Notes under the pieces: generated by a model | Databases searched by the model: none | Told to the model about the DNA's origin: nothing | The model's input: only the letters and a program-made list of their open reading frames with translations | Shown here: piece after piece, positions 51,690 through 62,410 of the stretch | How the letters are laid out: each line of letters opens with the position of its first letter | Numbering within the stretch: position 1 is the first letter of the stretch | Position numbers and translations under genes: made by a program | Origin: Nitrospinales bacterium | GTDB lineage: Bacteria > Nitrospinota > Nitrospinia > Nitrospinales > VA-1 | Direction: 5' to 3' | Length of the DNA: 64,000 nucleotides | Assembly: GCA_965262115.1 (NCBI GenBank) | Contig: OZ253496.1 | Location: 32,001 to 96,000 of the forward strand

Positions 51690-54290
51690 AGAGCCTATTA
51701 CACACACCAGCAAAGAACCATCTCAATGAGAAGGTTAAACATCTGGTCCTGTTCACAATTGATGAGCATCAGATAGTATTACGTGAACTCATGACATCAA
51801 TGGTTCTCACCAAGATCAGAAGTATACCTTGGCACGCCTTGCACAAGATTATTATGTGACCAAGATTATTGTGTAAGCATTTAGGTATAGTTATGGTGTA
51901 ATATCACGAATATTAAAAAAAAAAAATTTTTAAAAAATTATAAAATTTTTAATAAAGTCCTATAGCTGATGAGATTAAATGATTGGGGAAAAATTGGTCA
52001 CAGCAATATTTTGTGATGTAAAATAGCAATTAATTAGTATCACTGCTGATGTGCCAAATACTTGAGATGATTAAGACCATACTGGATTTATATCCAATCA
52101 AAGTTTCAAACTGGCAGCTAATTTTCTTTGACTGTGTGCCATACAACATGTTACATGCACCAGATTGGACAAAGCCCTGCAAATCGGTAGAAGTACGCTT
52201 ATTGTGAAACCAAGGGCATTTGTAACTGATAATGAAATGATTATGCTAGATATTTTTCTCAGTGTTGAATGAAATGCTGTATTTGTTCGATAAAGGTCGG
52301 CCGCTCTCCTTGAGCAGAAATTCTCTTGGCACTCTAATAGTGACCTCTCCTGTAAAACAAACACCACCCAGGAATAACCTGCTCCTCATGATTTTGACCA
52401 TTAACTTAACTTTGAAACTGCATAGAGTAGTTTGGGAAAGTGAGTCTTGAAATTTGGTCTCCACTGGAAATAAAGAGATATCTAACACCAGTAGCATTCT
52501 AATACTAAACAGGACAATTGCTGCGGAATTTAGTCTCCACTGGAAGTAGTGAAAAATCATACACCACCAGCAGCGATTATGACTACTCACTTTTTTGCTT
52601 TTTGATTTATGTCGATGACGATGACACATGCCACTGTAAACCTCGCCATTTCAGCGATTTTGGTGTTTTTCTAGAAATAGAAGGTTAGGTGCAGCCTTGC
52701 TAGCAAACAGCTTCAGTTAGATTTCAATGTGTGACCTCTAGCATTGCTTCTTGCTAATGGCTACCAAATTACTTTCTATGTGCCGATATCTGCTGTTGTC
52801 AATAACAAGAAATTCACATGCGTGGATATGTCTGCTATCAGCTCTATAGTTCACTGCCATCCGCCAATTTAAAATAGATGTCAAAGCAATATGGGGATTA
52901 TTAGCATATTTACTCTTGAATGAGTATAAAAAAGTATGCGATAGCTCCTTTTCAGTCTTTAGTGTTTTAGTAATAGGTAATTCAAACACAATTTCCAAAA
53001 ACGAATTCACATAGTCACATTGTTATTATACTATTGTTATGTACTTACAGATGGGGGATTCTTGGCATAAACCTCATTGGCCCATTTGCAGCCAGCGATA
53101 ATGGCCACAAATATGTTTGCACTGTGACTGATCCCTTTTATGAAGTGGTTATTTGCTCGGCCCATCAAGTCGAAGTCTGCTGCTGAATTTGCTTGTGTAA
53201 TTCTCAAGTTCATCAGCAGTTATGGTCCTCCCATGGAAAATTATAATGGACCAGGGCCGTGAATTTTTGACCCAGGTTAGTAGCACTAGAACTGAATGCA
53301 ATGCTTAATGTTGTGAGCGAAGTAGCAGTCGAGCAGAAATTTATTTATTTAATGTATTTAAACAATTATCTTTTTTTTAAGTATATTTTGCAGCCATTTT
53401 TTAATTCATGTGCTGTGATAAGCTTAGTTCAAATAAAAGCTTTATAGATTGAATTTAGTTTTTTTACTGATAAAAAGGTCAGCACAGGATACAAAGAGTT
53501 CACTATACCTAGCCATATTTAATATTTCTTTGCCAGGAAAGGTTGGGCTACTCTTAACCAATTACACTCTGACTTTATTCATGGATTTTTAGAACAATTA
53601 TATTTATGGCTAAATATAACTTTTTTTTAGAATAAACTTTTTCAAACTGTCCATAAAATTAGAATGGAAATACAATAAGCTGCAGTTTGGTATATGAATC
53701 AGCATTATTGAGGTAAACAAATACAAGCTATGCATCTGTACGTCGACAATAAACTTACAGCAAAACATCCATAGGAGCGACTCTTTTCTCTAGAATAATA
53801 GGAATCTGACTTACTTCTAGTAGCACTGGTATCTGTCCAGCTGAAGAGCATCCAGAAACTCTCATGAAGGCCTAGAAGAGACAAATCTTGATTGAGTGGG
53901 TGAACGAGTCAGCCATTGGTTTTTGTTTTTTTTCATATTTGAATGATGGAGAACTCTCTCCTGGCCATGTGCTGGTAAAAATACAGTGTGCAATGATCAT
54001 TTTTTAATATATATTTTTGTGACCAATTTACTTATTTACTGCATTTGCCACCCACTGTGTTTAATTGGTTAATATTGCTCTAAAATCTTCAGTCAGGTTG
54101 CTTCCTCTTTACAGTAAATGTTCAGAATGTGTACTGCTGTGTGAACTAGTGGTCTATACTCTTTTCCCCTTTTTTGACAACTCGGGTCAATGATTCATTT
54201 TTGTTGCCTTTTAGGTGAAACAAATGATGTATTCCGCGTACCATCCCGAAAGCAATGGCCAAGATGCGCGAACAAATACAATCCTCTAGC
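51690..54290 (+). mobile_element. Ginger/GIN1-type integrase (transposase) pseudogene split by spliceosomal introns and insertions
   Basis: H2C2-like region (VLRE.HDINGSH...LARLAQDYY; CQ...LYPIKV); exon 53051-53275 WGILGINLIGPFAASDNGHKYVCTVTD..KWLFARPIKSKSAAE...YGPP..IIMDQGREFLTQ flanked by cag|...|gttag; segment 54186-54290 VNDS...MYSAYHPESNGQDARTN. Confidence 0.85.
53620..53917 (-). repeat. dispersed repeat family B, copy 4 (inside the Ginger intron)
   Basis: Reverse complement is collinear with 1583-1900. Confidence 0.7.
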
Positions 54291-55269
54291 GCCCATTCTT
54301 TCTTTTAAGCACCTATAAATTTGCTGTGTCTGTGGGGGCTGCATTTAGCACCGTAGCATGAATATGCATGAACTTTAATTTTTTTAATTTGCATGCCAAA
54401 TACTGGTGGAAGGATTAATGCAACAGTAGAGGTGAGAAGTGCAGTCTCTATCTAAGCTTATATTCGACAATGGTTGCTTTCCTGTTTTAAAAGTTCATTA
54501 GTAGCATAGAACTAACCGGTTATGGATATTCCTCGCACGCAAGTGTCAGCTTTTCATCAATGAAAGTAATCCGTACAAATGTGTGGACATGATGGCCACA
54601 ATCAATATCATCAATAGTAGAAAGAAGTATTTCTTTGACTGCATAATTATTGAGTTGTGTACTAAGTACAGTGTTCAATATTCCATAAATGTTTCATTTT
54701 ATTTTAAGTGTGCATAATTTATCAGTATTATAATCAGTGGTTAGTAGGTGCACTGTTAGTAGACAGTCTAAGCTAAACGACCCATTTGTAAGATATATGA
54801 GAGGAACTCAAATAATAGTACCTTACACTTTTTAGAATAAATCAAATTTTAAAATTGGTATGAACTATTAATAGCATTGGACCGTACACTCCATAGTAAC
54901 CACAGTAACTCATTTTATTAGTATATAAGTTTCGTTGTTTCCACAAATCCTGAATAAACAGGTATGGGTACAGATTGAAGGAGCCAAGGTCAAGCATAAA
55001 GCTTACTTTGATTCCAAACAGAAAGGAGTCATAAGATTTATGTGCTATAGAGATTTATGTTACATTATTCCTGAGATAATGACTGGATAGGCAGAAATGC
55101 AAACAAAACAAACAAACAAAAAAAATTAAGGTTGAGAGTCTCCCTTTAAGCTCATCATAACTTTAAAGTTTTTTTTTTTTAGTATATAGCCAACTTTTCC
55201 ATTGCAGATAAATTTCTATAGCTTTAAAGCCTTTATTTAGTAGCAACTTTTCAATGGCAAGGTATCTCC

Positions 55270-57960
55270 TGAGTCTCCACCCGTTCCATGTTAAACCAAC
55301 CTGTGGGCTGATATTGTGATATTTTCCAGTTGTAGATGTTGTTTGCATCAAAATACTGGATGTGAGTGGTGGGCTTGGAGGGATTGTGCCCTTGGATTCT
55401 TGGGTTATTTGGTCCTGGAGAACTGCTTGGGCATTATGGAGATGCCACCTCGCATCCCTTTCTCCATGAAGAGATGCATGTCTTAATCTGTAAACAACTC
55501 AAGTGCCACACTCCAAGCTCCACACCTGTTTCTTAGAGCAAAGCATCCTACAAGAGTCCCTGGCTCAAATAATATGGGAGGGGACCATGGTTCACCTTAT
55601 TTGGGAGGCATGAATGATTAGTGCATGTGTGGTTCACGTTATACTTGTTTGGAGGGCATAAATGATTAGTGCAGTGGTGGAGCTCTTGAATACACCAGCC
55701 AGGAGCAGGATGTTCATTCAGAGATATATAGAGATTGTGGTTGTCACACTGATATCTTTGTCCTCTGGGTAGGTATATCTCCTGGAACCAAGCTGTCCAT
55801 TCACTTGTAGGAGTAGACTCCTTCAGGAGCAACAGGTCTCATTTCCATCTTGCTCTTAAGGGTTGTGATGCTGAAGTCATCTGGCTTGCTACCAGCCACC
55901 AGCTTTTCCTAAGAGGTGGGAAGAAACTGGATGCTGTCAATGAACTAGAGCTGTCACAGTAGAGTGGAGACGTGTATGTACTTCTTTCTCTGAGTTGTTG
56001 AAGGTGTAGGCGATGCTTCCCTTGGTCTAGTAGATAGTAGGCATCAGGAAATGGGTGATGTAGCCCTGCAGATTGTGTGGAAGACTGGGATGATGCTGGT
56101 CATTGGCGTGAGTAGCTGCAACCTTACTTAATCGTTGTCATTGGGTAGCAACTCAAAACCTTCTGGTGATATGGCAATCGTCGCAAACAGAGATGGGCAG
56201 TCTGTTCATTAAGCTCTAGAGTCTCCATCAAGGGGTTTGCCGTAAATGTGGCAGTCCTGTGCTGGTCTGTGGCCCCACCAGTCCTTCTAAAATCATGTGG
56301 ATGAGTTGGAGAAGGACCAGGACCTCCTTGATCTTTCTGTTCCCCCTCTTTCAGGGGGAGATAATTAAAGACTTTGGGTCCTCAATACACCATAGTGTTG
56401 TCTTCCAATCATAGAGGACAACTATGTAGAAATAGCCACAAGTTTTGTGGTGGGATTTTTCCTGTATTCCATTCTTGAAAATGTCTTGTCAGGGCCCTCA
56501 ATCTTATGGATGATGGTCTCTAGGTCAGTATAGATCATGCATGCAGTGAACCTTGAATTACTTGTGATGATACTCGAAGTGGATTTCGACTTAATCGTGT
56601 TTGGAAATCTTAATGGACATTACAGGCTGGTTCATGCCTCAGCAGTCGGGCATGTATTTCCCCAATAGGTTTTAGTGAACCAATGGAGGCTGCCTTTCAC
56701 AGAAGTTCTTGCATCCTTTGTAAGTAATCTGGTCATAGGAGCCAGTTATAGTCTTTAACTCATATGAAGTAGTGCTTCTCTAGGGAGAGTGGGATGGGAG
56801 GGCTGACTCTCGTCCAGTCCAGACTATCATGGTGGGATAATTGTATTGTCGATATGCATGTTTTCCATGGAAACTCCACAGCATGCAGAAAACAGCACAG
56901 ACAGTGGTCATCCCTATTCCTGACATTGATATAGCCTTTCTTTCCTGTACCACTGCAGGTAACTGGTAGGAACTCCCAGCAGTGGTTGATATCGTGAAAT
57001 ATCTATCCAGAGGTTTTCAAAAAGTTGACCACTCACTCCAACCCCTCTCTCGTGTACTTCTCGAGTCTCTCAAGGAGTTGTTGTGTGTCTCATTCAAAGC
57101 CATGGGGATCTCATGGGTCTGCATAAGTGCAATTTACAGGGCTGCTAAAGTTTCAGATTTTGTTCAAGTACTCGAATTTTTCTAGCTTTACAAAAGTACT
57201 CGGACACTCTGGATTCGACGACCAGGACAGAAAATTCAGATTTCTGCTCTTTATAATTTGAAAGTTGGTATTTGGGCAAACAGATGAGAAATTCTAAGCG
57301 ACAGCACTTGGGGTACATAAGCCTGCGTACTAGCGTCAGCGATTCAGCATGCACGTCAAGGACACATCCAGAAAATTACTGCAATGAGTGTATGGTAAGG
57401 CAGCAGACTGGCCTGTGACATTGTTTACTTTCAGAGTAGCACTTGTGTTCCTGACTGATTTGCAGCAGTTGGCATTATATAGCTAAACTCCCTTGTGGTA
57501 AAAGAATGACATAACGATGTCTTTGGATTTCTCAGGATAATATATAATGGCTAGATTAGGATATTTCAATTATCATTAGGATTTTTGGTCTAGAAATGTT
57601 GGCAGTCCTGAATTTACTTACTGTGGAAGACTGAGTTGATCATCAGTCAGTCATCATTGGGGTCATCTTTTCAGAGTTCACCTTCACAACAAGCTGAAGC
57701 TACATATTTTCAAAGCTCCTAGCTCATGTGAGTTTTCCTTTGGATAGGATGATAATCTCCATTAAGAAAATACTGCAGATCTTGGGAAGATGGGTGTTAC
57801 TCTGACACGTGCATATGCCAAGCCCTGAGGTAATGAGAGAAGATAGTCTTCTCATCGAAATGCATCCAGCTGCTCTTTGAGGATGGCCTTCAAGCCCGAT
57901 GGATAATGCTCCTTCAATGGGTCAATATGGGCTTCCTCACTCCATGAGCCAGCATGAGCC
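55270..57960 (-). mobile_element. Polinton/Maverick (adintovirus-like) protein-primed DNA polymerase B pseudogene, 3'-truncated
   Basis: Ordered motifs WIDISRYQPL, INVRNRDDHC, DCHIYGKPL..DDCHIT, IIPVF.HNLQGY, IDSIQFLPTS, GVYSY, YYLSQGLL*DALL*ETGVEL, DMHLFMEKGMRGGIS, HIQYFDANNIYNWKISQYQPTG. Confidence 0.92.
57137..57610. mobile_element. 474-bp hAT-like MITE inserted in the pPolB pseudogene
   Basis: TIRs cagggctgctaa / ttggcagtcctg flanked by direct repeat aattta; excision restores frame HSK*IALMQTHEI. Confidence 0.85.
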
Positions 57961-58599
57961 TTATTCATGGGCTAGTGTAGAGGTTGGAACAGGCTTAGTA
58001 GTTGGTGTGACTTGCCTTCAAAGCAACATTCAAGGCTTTGGACCCTATCACACTTTGTTCATACAGCGTTAATAGTTTGTTAACAGTAGTGTCTGCTATC
58101 TAGGAATTCTTTACTCTAAAAGGGGTGGGTTTGGTCTGTCAGGCAACCTAGTAAACACCAAGTTACTTGCCAACAGCTCCCTATGACCTATAAAATTCTC
58201 TAATAGAGGTAATTAGTGGGCGAGTTCTGTCAGGCTACCTCCTAGACAGCTATAAAATGCTGGCCATTAGCTCCCTATACCCTATCAAATAATAATAGGC
58301 GTGGTATGACAGACAACTTCTGTTCCTCAGTCTAGTTGAAATGTAAACTGCTTAGGAATCCTAACACACAATAACTCTGCACGGAAAATCCATCTACATC
58401 TCCACCCATGGGTGGGGTGCCTGCTGGGTGATGTACCTGACAAAAAAAACCTTTGAGGATTTTTTCAGTCGGATGTTCCTTGGAGCACACAGGGGTGATG
58501 AAGGTGTGTGGGCATCGATGTTTTGGAACACTTTGTGTTTCTGAGCCTCAAGTAGTGTAGGGAATAGGGGTTCTAGGAGAATGAGCTACTGCATCTTGC

Positions 58600-59285
58600 A
58601 AGTCTATTTTTATAGTTATTACCTGTTTCTCAATATGTGGCATAAGTTTTATGCATAAAATAGTAAAGGTAACCTTGGACATCCGTAAGTAGTCCTTCCA
58701 CCATGCACTACAGACCCTATCACACTCTCCAACCATACAGCTGATCGGGGCCTGCACCACTTCTTGTTTAAACCAAATGCAAGAGCCATGGCCATCAACC
58801 TTTATAAAATGTAAGTAGTCTACAGTAGCTCTGACCAAGTATGTGAAATTACCAATCCTTCCATTCTCTGTTTGTCTATCTGCTCCAAACCAGCACACTC
58901 TGACATGAGCTCTCCGTGCCATCCTCTCTTTTCTCCTTGCAATTATCCCTCTCATTCTCCTTGTCCTCCAATCTCTTAGCACACTTTGCTTCCTCCTCCT
59001 CTCAACAACCATAGTCCTATGTAGTTGCATATACAGCATTATCCCTACTACAAAGACAGCAGCAACAACTGGTGCAATAGCCATGGCTGTCTCTGTAGTG
59101 TGGCTGCTCATGTGACAATGTGAGGAATTCCACACAACACAGTGTGAATCACTTTTGGATGGGTGTCAAGCCAGTGTGAAGCCAGTTTGGTAACACTTTT
59201 TTGTTCTTGTGTAGACCCAACCTATCCAGTATCAAGCCAGCTCCATGGAACTAGTTCAAGTTTTGTGTGCAGTGTGAGCAGGCCT
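58600..59285 (-). mobile_element. PIF/Harbinger transposon 5' part (HARBI1-like N-terminus)
   Basis: WWKDYLRMSKVTFTILCIKLMPHIEKQ resembles the WxxNFRMSKxTFxxLCxxLxPxI motif; terminus (tta)aggcctgctcacact; catalytic domain missing. Confidence 0.8.
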
Positions 59286-60031
59286 TAAGTGTGTGGCTAG
59301 GGCTATCCATAGCTAGGGCTAGAGAAAATACAGGGATAAAGGGATAAGCTAGTGCTGGGGACCTCAGATTATGGTTAGTTGTTTAGTTTGACACCAGGAC
59401 CGAGTGATAGATCCAGGACTGTCCCAGAAGATCCAGGACAGTTGGCAACTATGCAGATAAATGCTATATAGGGAGGGTTGTTCCAATCTACAACAGACAA
59501 TTACAGGTTAAAGGCATTTAATAGTACAGCAGTCCTGATGTGTCATCGTTAGAGTGTACATTAAAAATGTATAAACATACCACACAATATTATGATATTA
59601 AACAATGCTGCTCAAGTCCATAATACTTTATCACCCTATTATTATTATTATTATTTTTTATTATCTTTTTAGTAGACTTCAAGTCTGTGGGACTATTTAG
59701 AAGCTTTATTGGCAGAAATATAACGAAATTTCATTGAATAATGAAACCACAATCAATCCAATATAAATGTAATAGGGAGAGCATGGACATGTGCATAATT
59801 TTGAACATATAATGGCATGTTATAGTAATACATAACTTATAATAATACATAACTATATATAAAGTGGTTGGCTTGTCTTTATCAACAATAGTATATGACA
59901 GGTTTATACTAAATGATTACACAGTGACCACATAACAAGCATAAAGAAGTGTAACATATTAAAGAAGTGTTTTGTGTTGTTGTTATTGCTGCTTAGGTTA
60001 CAAAACATTCTGTCACTCAAGATGAAGTGGC

Positions 60032-60188
60032 TTATGTTCCCTTCTCTGGTTTTTGTTGCTCTCCAAGGATCATCATGATGCTGTTGAGTTTGTTTTCAAT
60101 GTTCGTGAGTTGCTCTTCGGTGGATGAAATGTTCATGATGCTGTGATCTTGAGAGAATTCTTGAATTCTTAAAGTTATGTCTTGAATT
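60032..60188 (-). CDS. terminal coding exon of an unknown protein, coiled-coil-like C-terminus
   Basis: Acceptor ttgttgttttttcag|A; phase 2 joins the upstream exon; IQDITLRIQEFSQDHSIMNISSTEEQLTNIENKLNSIMMILGEQQKPEKGT*; AATAAA on the minus strand near 59705-59710. Confidence 0.75.
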
Positions 60189-60485
60189 CTGAAAAAACAA
60201 CAACATCAATCTGCTTAGTAAGTTTGTTATTCTCTATTTATTACTTGTGAACAAATCTGTCATGCATAATGATAGTGATTGATGTGCACAATAATAATAA
60301 GAGTGAAATACTTAGTCCTAGAATTTTTTTAAATCAATTTGTAAATCTTTTTAATATGTAATTAGCAAGCTAGCTGATTGGAAAATTGTCCTTAGCTAAA
60401 CTTTTCAATTAGATCATGAAACTCATTTGTGTATTATTGCAGTTGAGGTATTTAGATTTTTTGTAAAGCAAATGTGTGATCACAA

Positions 60486-60563
60486 CCACTACAGTACTTA
60501 CTTCCACTTACTTCCACTACAGTTTACTTCCACTACAGTACTTACTTCCACTACAGTACTTAC
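60486..60563 (-). repeat. 18-bp tandem repeat of the splice donor
   Basis: gtaagtactgtagtggaa repeated ~5 times, some units deleted, starting exactly at the donor. Confidence 0.85.
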
Positions 60564-60805
60564 TTTAGATATATGGCATGAATCTTGTTCACATCTGTGT
60601 TGAATTTGAGCGAGGATTGCTGCATTGATATGGCACAGCCAAAGTCCAAAACTTTCATCATTGTACCATCTTCTCTCTCATAGATGACAGAAATGAAAGA
60701 TGTGTTCAAATTTGGATCAAGGAATTTGGTATTACATTCTTCATCGATGGGAATGATTATTTCATGCCAAATTCCTGATAAGTTGTAGTGATTTGATGCA
60801 CGTGC
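60564..60805 (-). CDS. penultimate coding exon of the same unknown protein
   Basis: Acceptor gttattttcag|GCA, donor CTA AA|gtaagt; 242 nt open: ARASNHYNLSGIWHEIIIPIDEECNTKFLDPNLNTSFISVIYEREDGTMMKVLDFGCAISMQQSSLKFNTDVNKIHAIYL(K). Confidence 0.78.
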
Positions 60806-60944
60806 CTGAAAATAACAAACCAGTATTTTCACGTTAGTTACAAATTACAAAAAGTGTTTAAAATAAAAAAAATAAAAACTAATAAACATGTGTTTGAACA
60901 ACATATGCTGGAAAGATTCACAAAATCTTTCATACCATGATTAA

Positions 60945-61087
60945 AGGTACTCTATCACCGAAGCAATTATGGCTGTCTTAGAGGTGCTCTATCACAGAAG
61001 CAACTGTGGCAATCTTAGAGGTGCTTTATCATGGAAGCTACTGTGGAAATCGTAGAGGTGCTCATAGAAACAACTGTGGCTATCTTC
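60945..61087. repeat. ~37-bp degenerate tandem repeat, ~4 copies
   Basis: agaggtgctctatcacagaagcaactgtggcaatctt units. Confidence 0.85.
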
Positions 61088-61434
61088 TGAATGTAGCATT
61101 ACTTACTGTGCTATATTAATATCATACCAGGATCCACACATGGAAAAAAACACATTTGTGCTGTGGCTAGGTATTTTCCAATAAAATCTCTTGAGGAACT
61201 AGAAAATGTTTGTAGAACTATACACAGCAGATTTCATACCATATGTACCAGAGGATGTTGGAGCTACAATTGACTATAATTTGATCAAACTATTTTTACA
61301 GATCTAGCATGGCTGGATAAGGGACTAGATTTTTTTTTGACATTATAACCACAACGTTGCCTGATGGTACAAATTGAAAATTTAATGTTAATTTTGATCC
61401 GACATTCAAACAAACACATATGTTGGGGCATGTG

Positions 61435-62410
61435 GTAGCACTCTCTATATTGGTTTGACCCCGATTTCAAAATGGTGGTCATCAAAGCCAAACAAAGTTC
61501 ATATCTTAGCTAAAACTCACATCTCCAGCTTCTTAGCTGCCTAAACTCCCATCCCCAGCTTCTTAGCTGCCTAAATCACATCGGCACCTTCGCGTAGTAA
61601 ACAAGCACACCAAAATTTTCTGAACTGAAATTCACTATCTATCGATGTATCTATTTCTTATTTTCCTACATTGTATAAACTCTGTCCACTCATAAAGAAC
61701 ACATAAAACACCATAGTATATGAAGACAGATGTTCCAGTGCACATCCACGACTAATTTGTTTCTTGATTGCTTAATAAAGTGTCCGATAAAGATTAGCCA
61801 TTTGTTAGTCTATGATGCAATCACGCTAATGCATGAGTGTTATTATTAATAGAGTGAATGATCCATGCTCGGTTCTGTTGTTTGGTTTGTGTAGTTTTCA
61901 CTCCAGGGCAACTGCTACTAAGTCCAAAGATGGCAGCTGATCCTCTACCAAAACATCTACTGTTTAGATGGTGGAGTTTGCCTGTGAACTGTTACCAACT
62001 CCGTAGCTTACTCTATGGGCACAGTCAACAATAGCAAATAGATATGATATACTCTGACTTTTGTATAATGGAAATCATAGCATGTGGTGGAATGTGTAGT
62101 GTCAAAGAATAATAAGTGGGTCAGAAAAAGTGTTGGAGACCCTGAAGCTATGTCTTGGTCTAGTCTTTCACCTCTCAACTATACAGAAACAACAAAACAA
62201 ATAAATAGGAGGAAAAAACAACAACAAAAATAAAATATTTTTACTCTACCCATGCAGATCACGACTAACATTTAAAATCATGCCCACTAATATTGTATAT
62301 ACTGCTTTTAAAAGATGATGGGTCTATGTAGTAAAGAGTAATCTAATTTGTTGTGTTCTCATGTTTAACAGGTCAGTCCAATATAGTTGTTTGTTTTTGT
62401 TCTTGTATAC
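61435..62410 (-). mobile_element. repeat family A, near full length
   Basis: Subterminal IR ctatattggtttgacc (61445-61460) / ggtcagtccaatatag (62371-62386); collinear internal blocks. Confidence 0.8.

Noticed and set aside
51690..57960. Integrase plus pPolB as one intact Polinton
   Set aside because: The integrase is Gypsy/Ginger-type with an H2C2 region and introns, unlike Polinton integrases; there are no shared TIRs or capsid genes, so adjacency is probably coincidental
58548..59135. 195-aa ORF as a host single-pass membrane protein
   Set aside because: Contains the Harbinger N-terminal motif and lies just inside a Harbinger-type terminus
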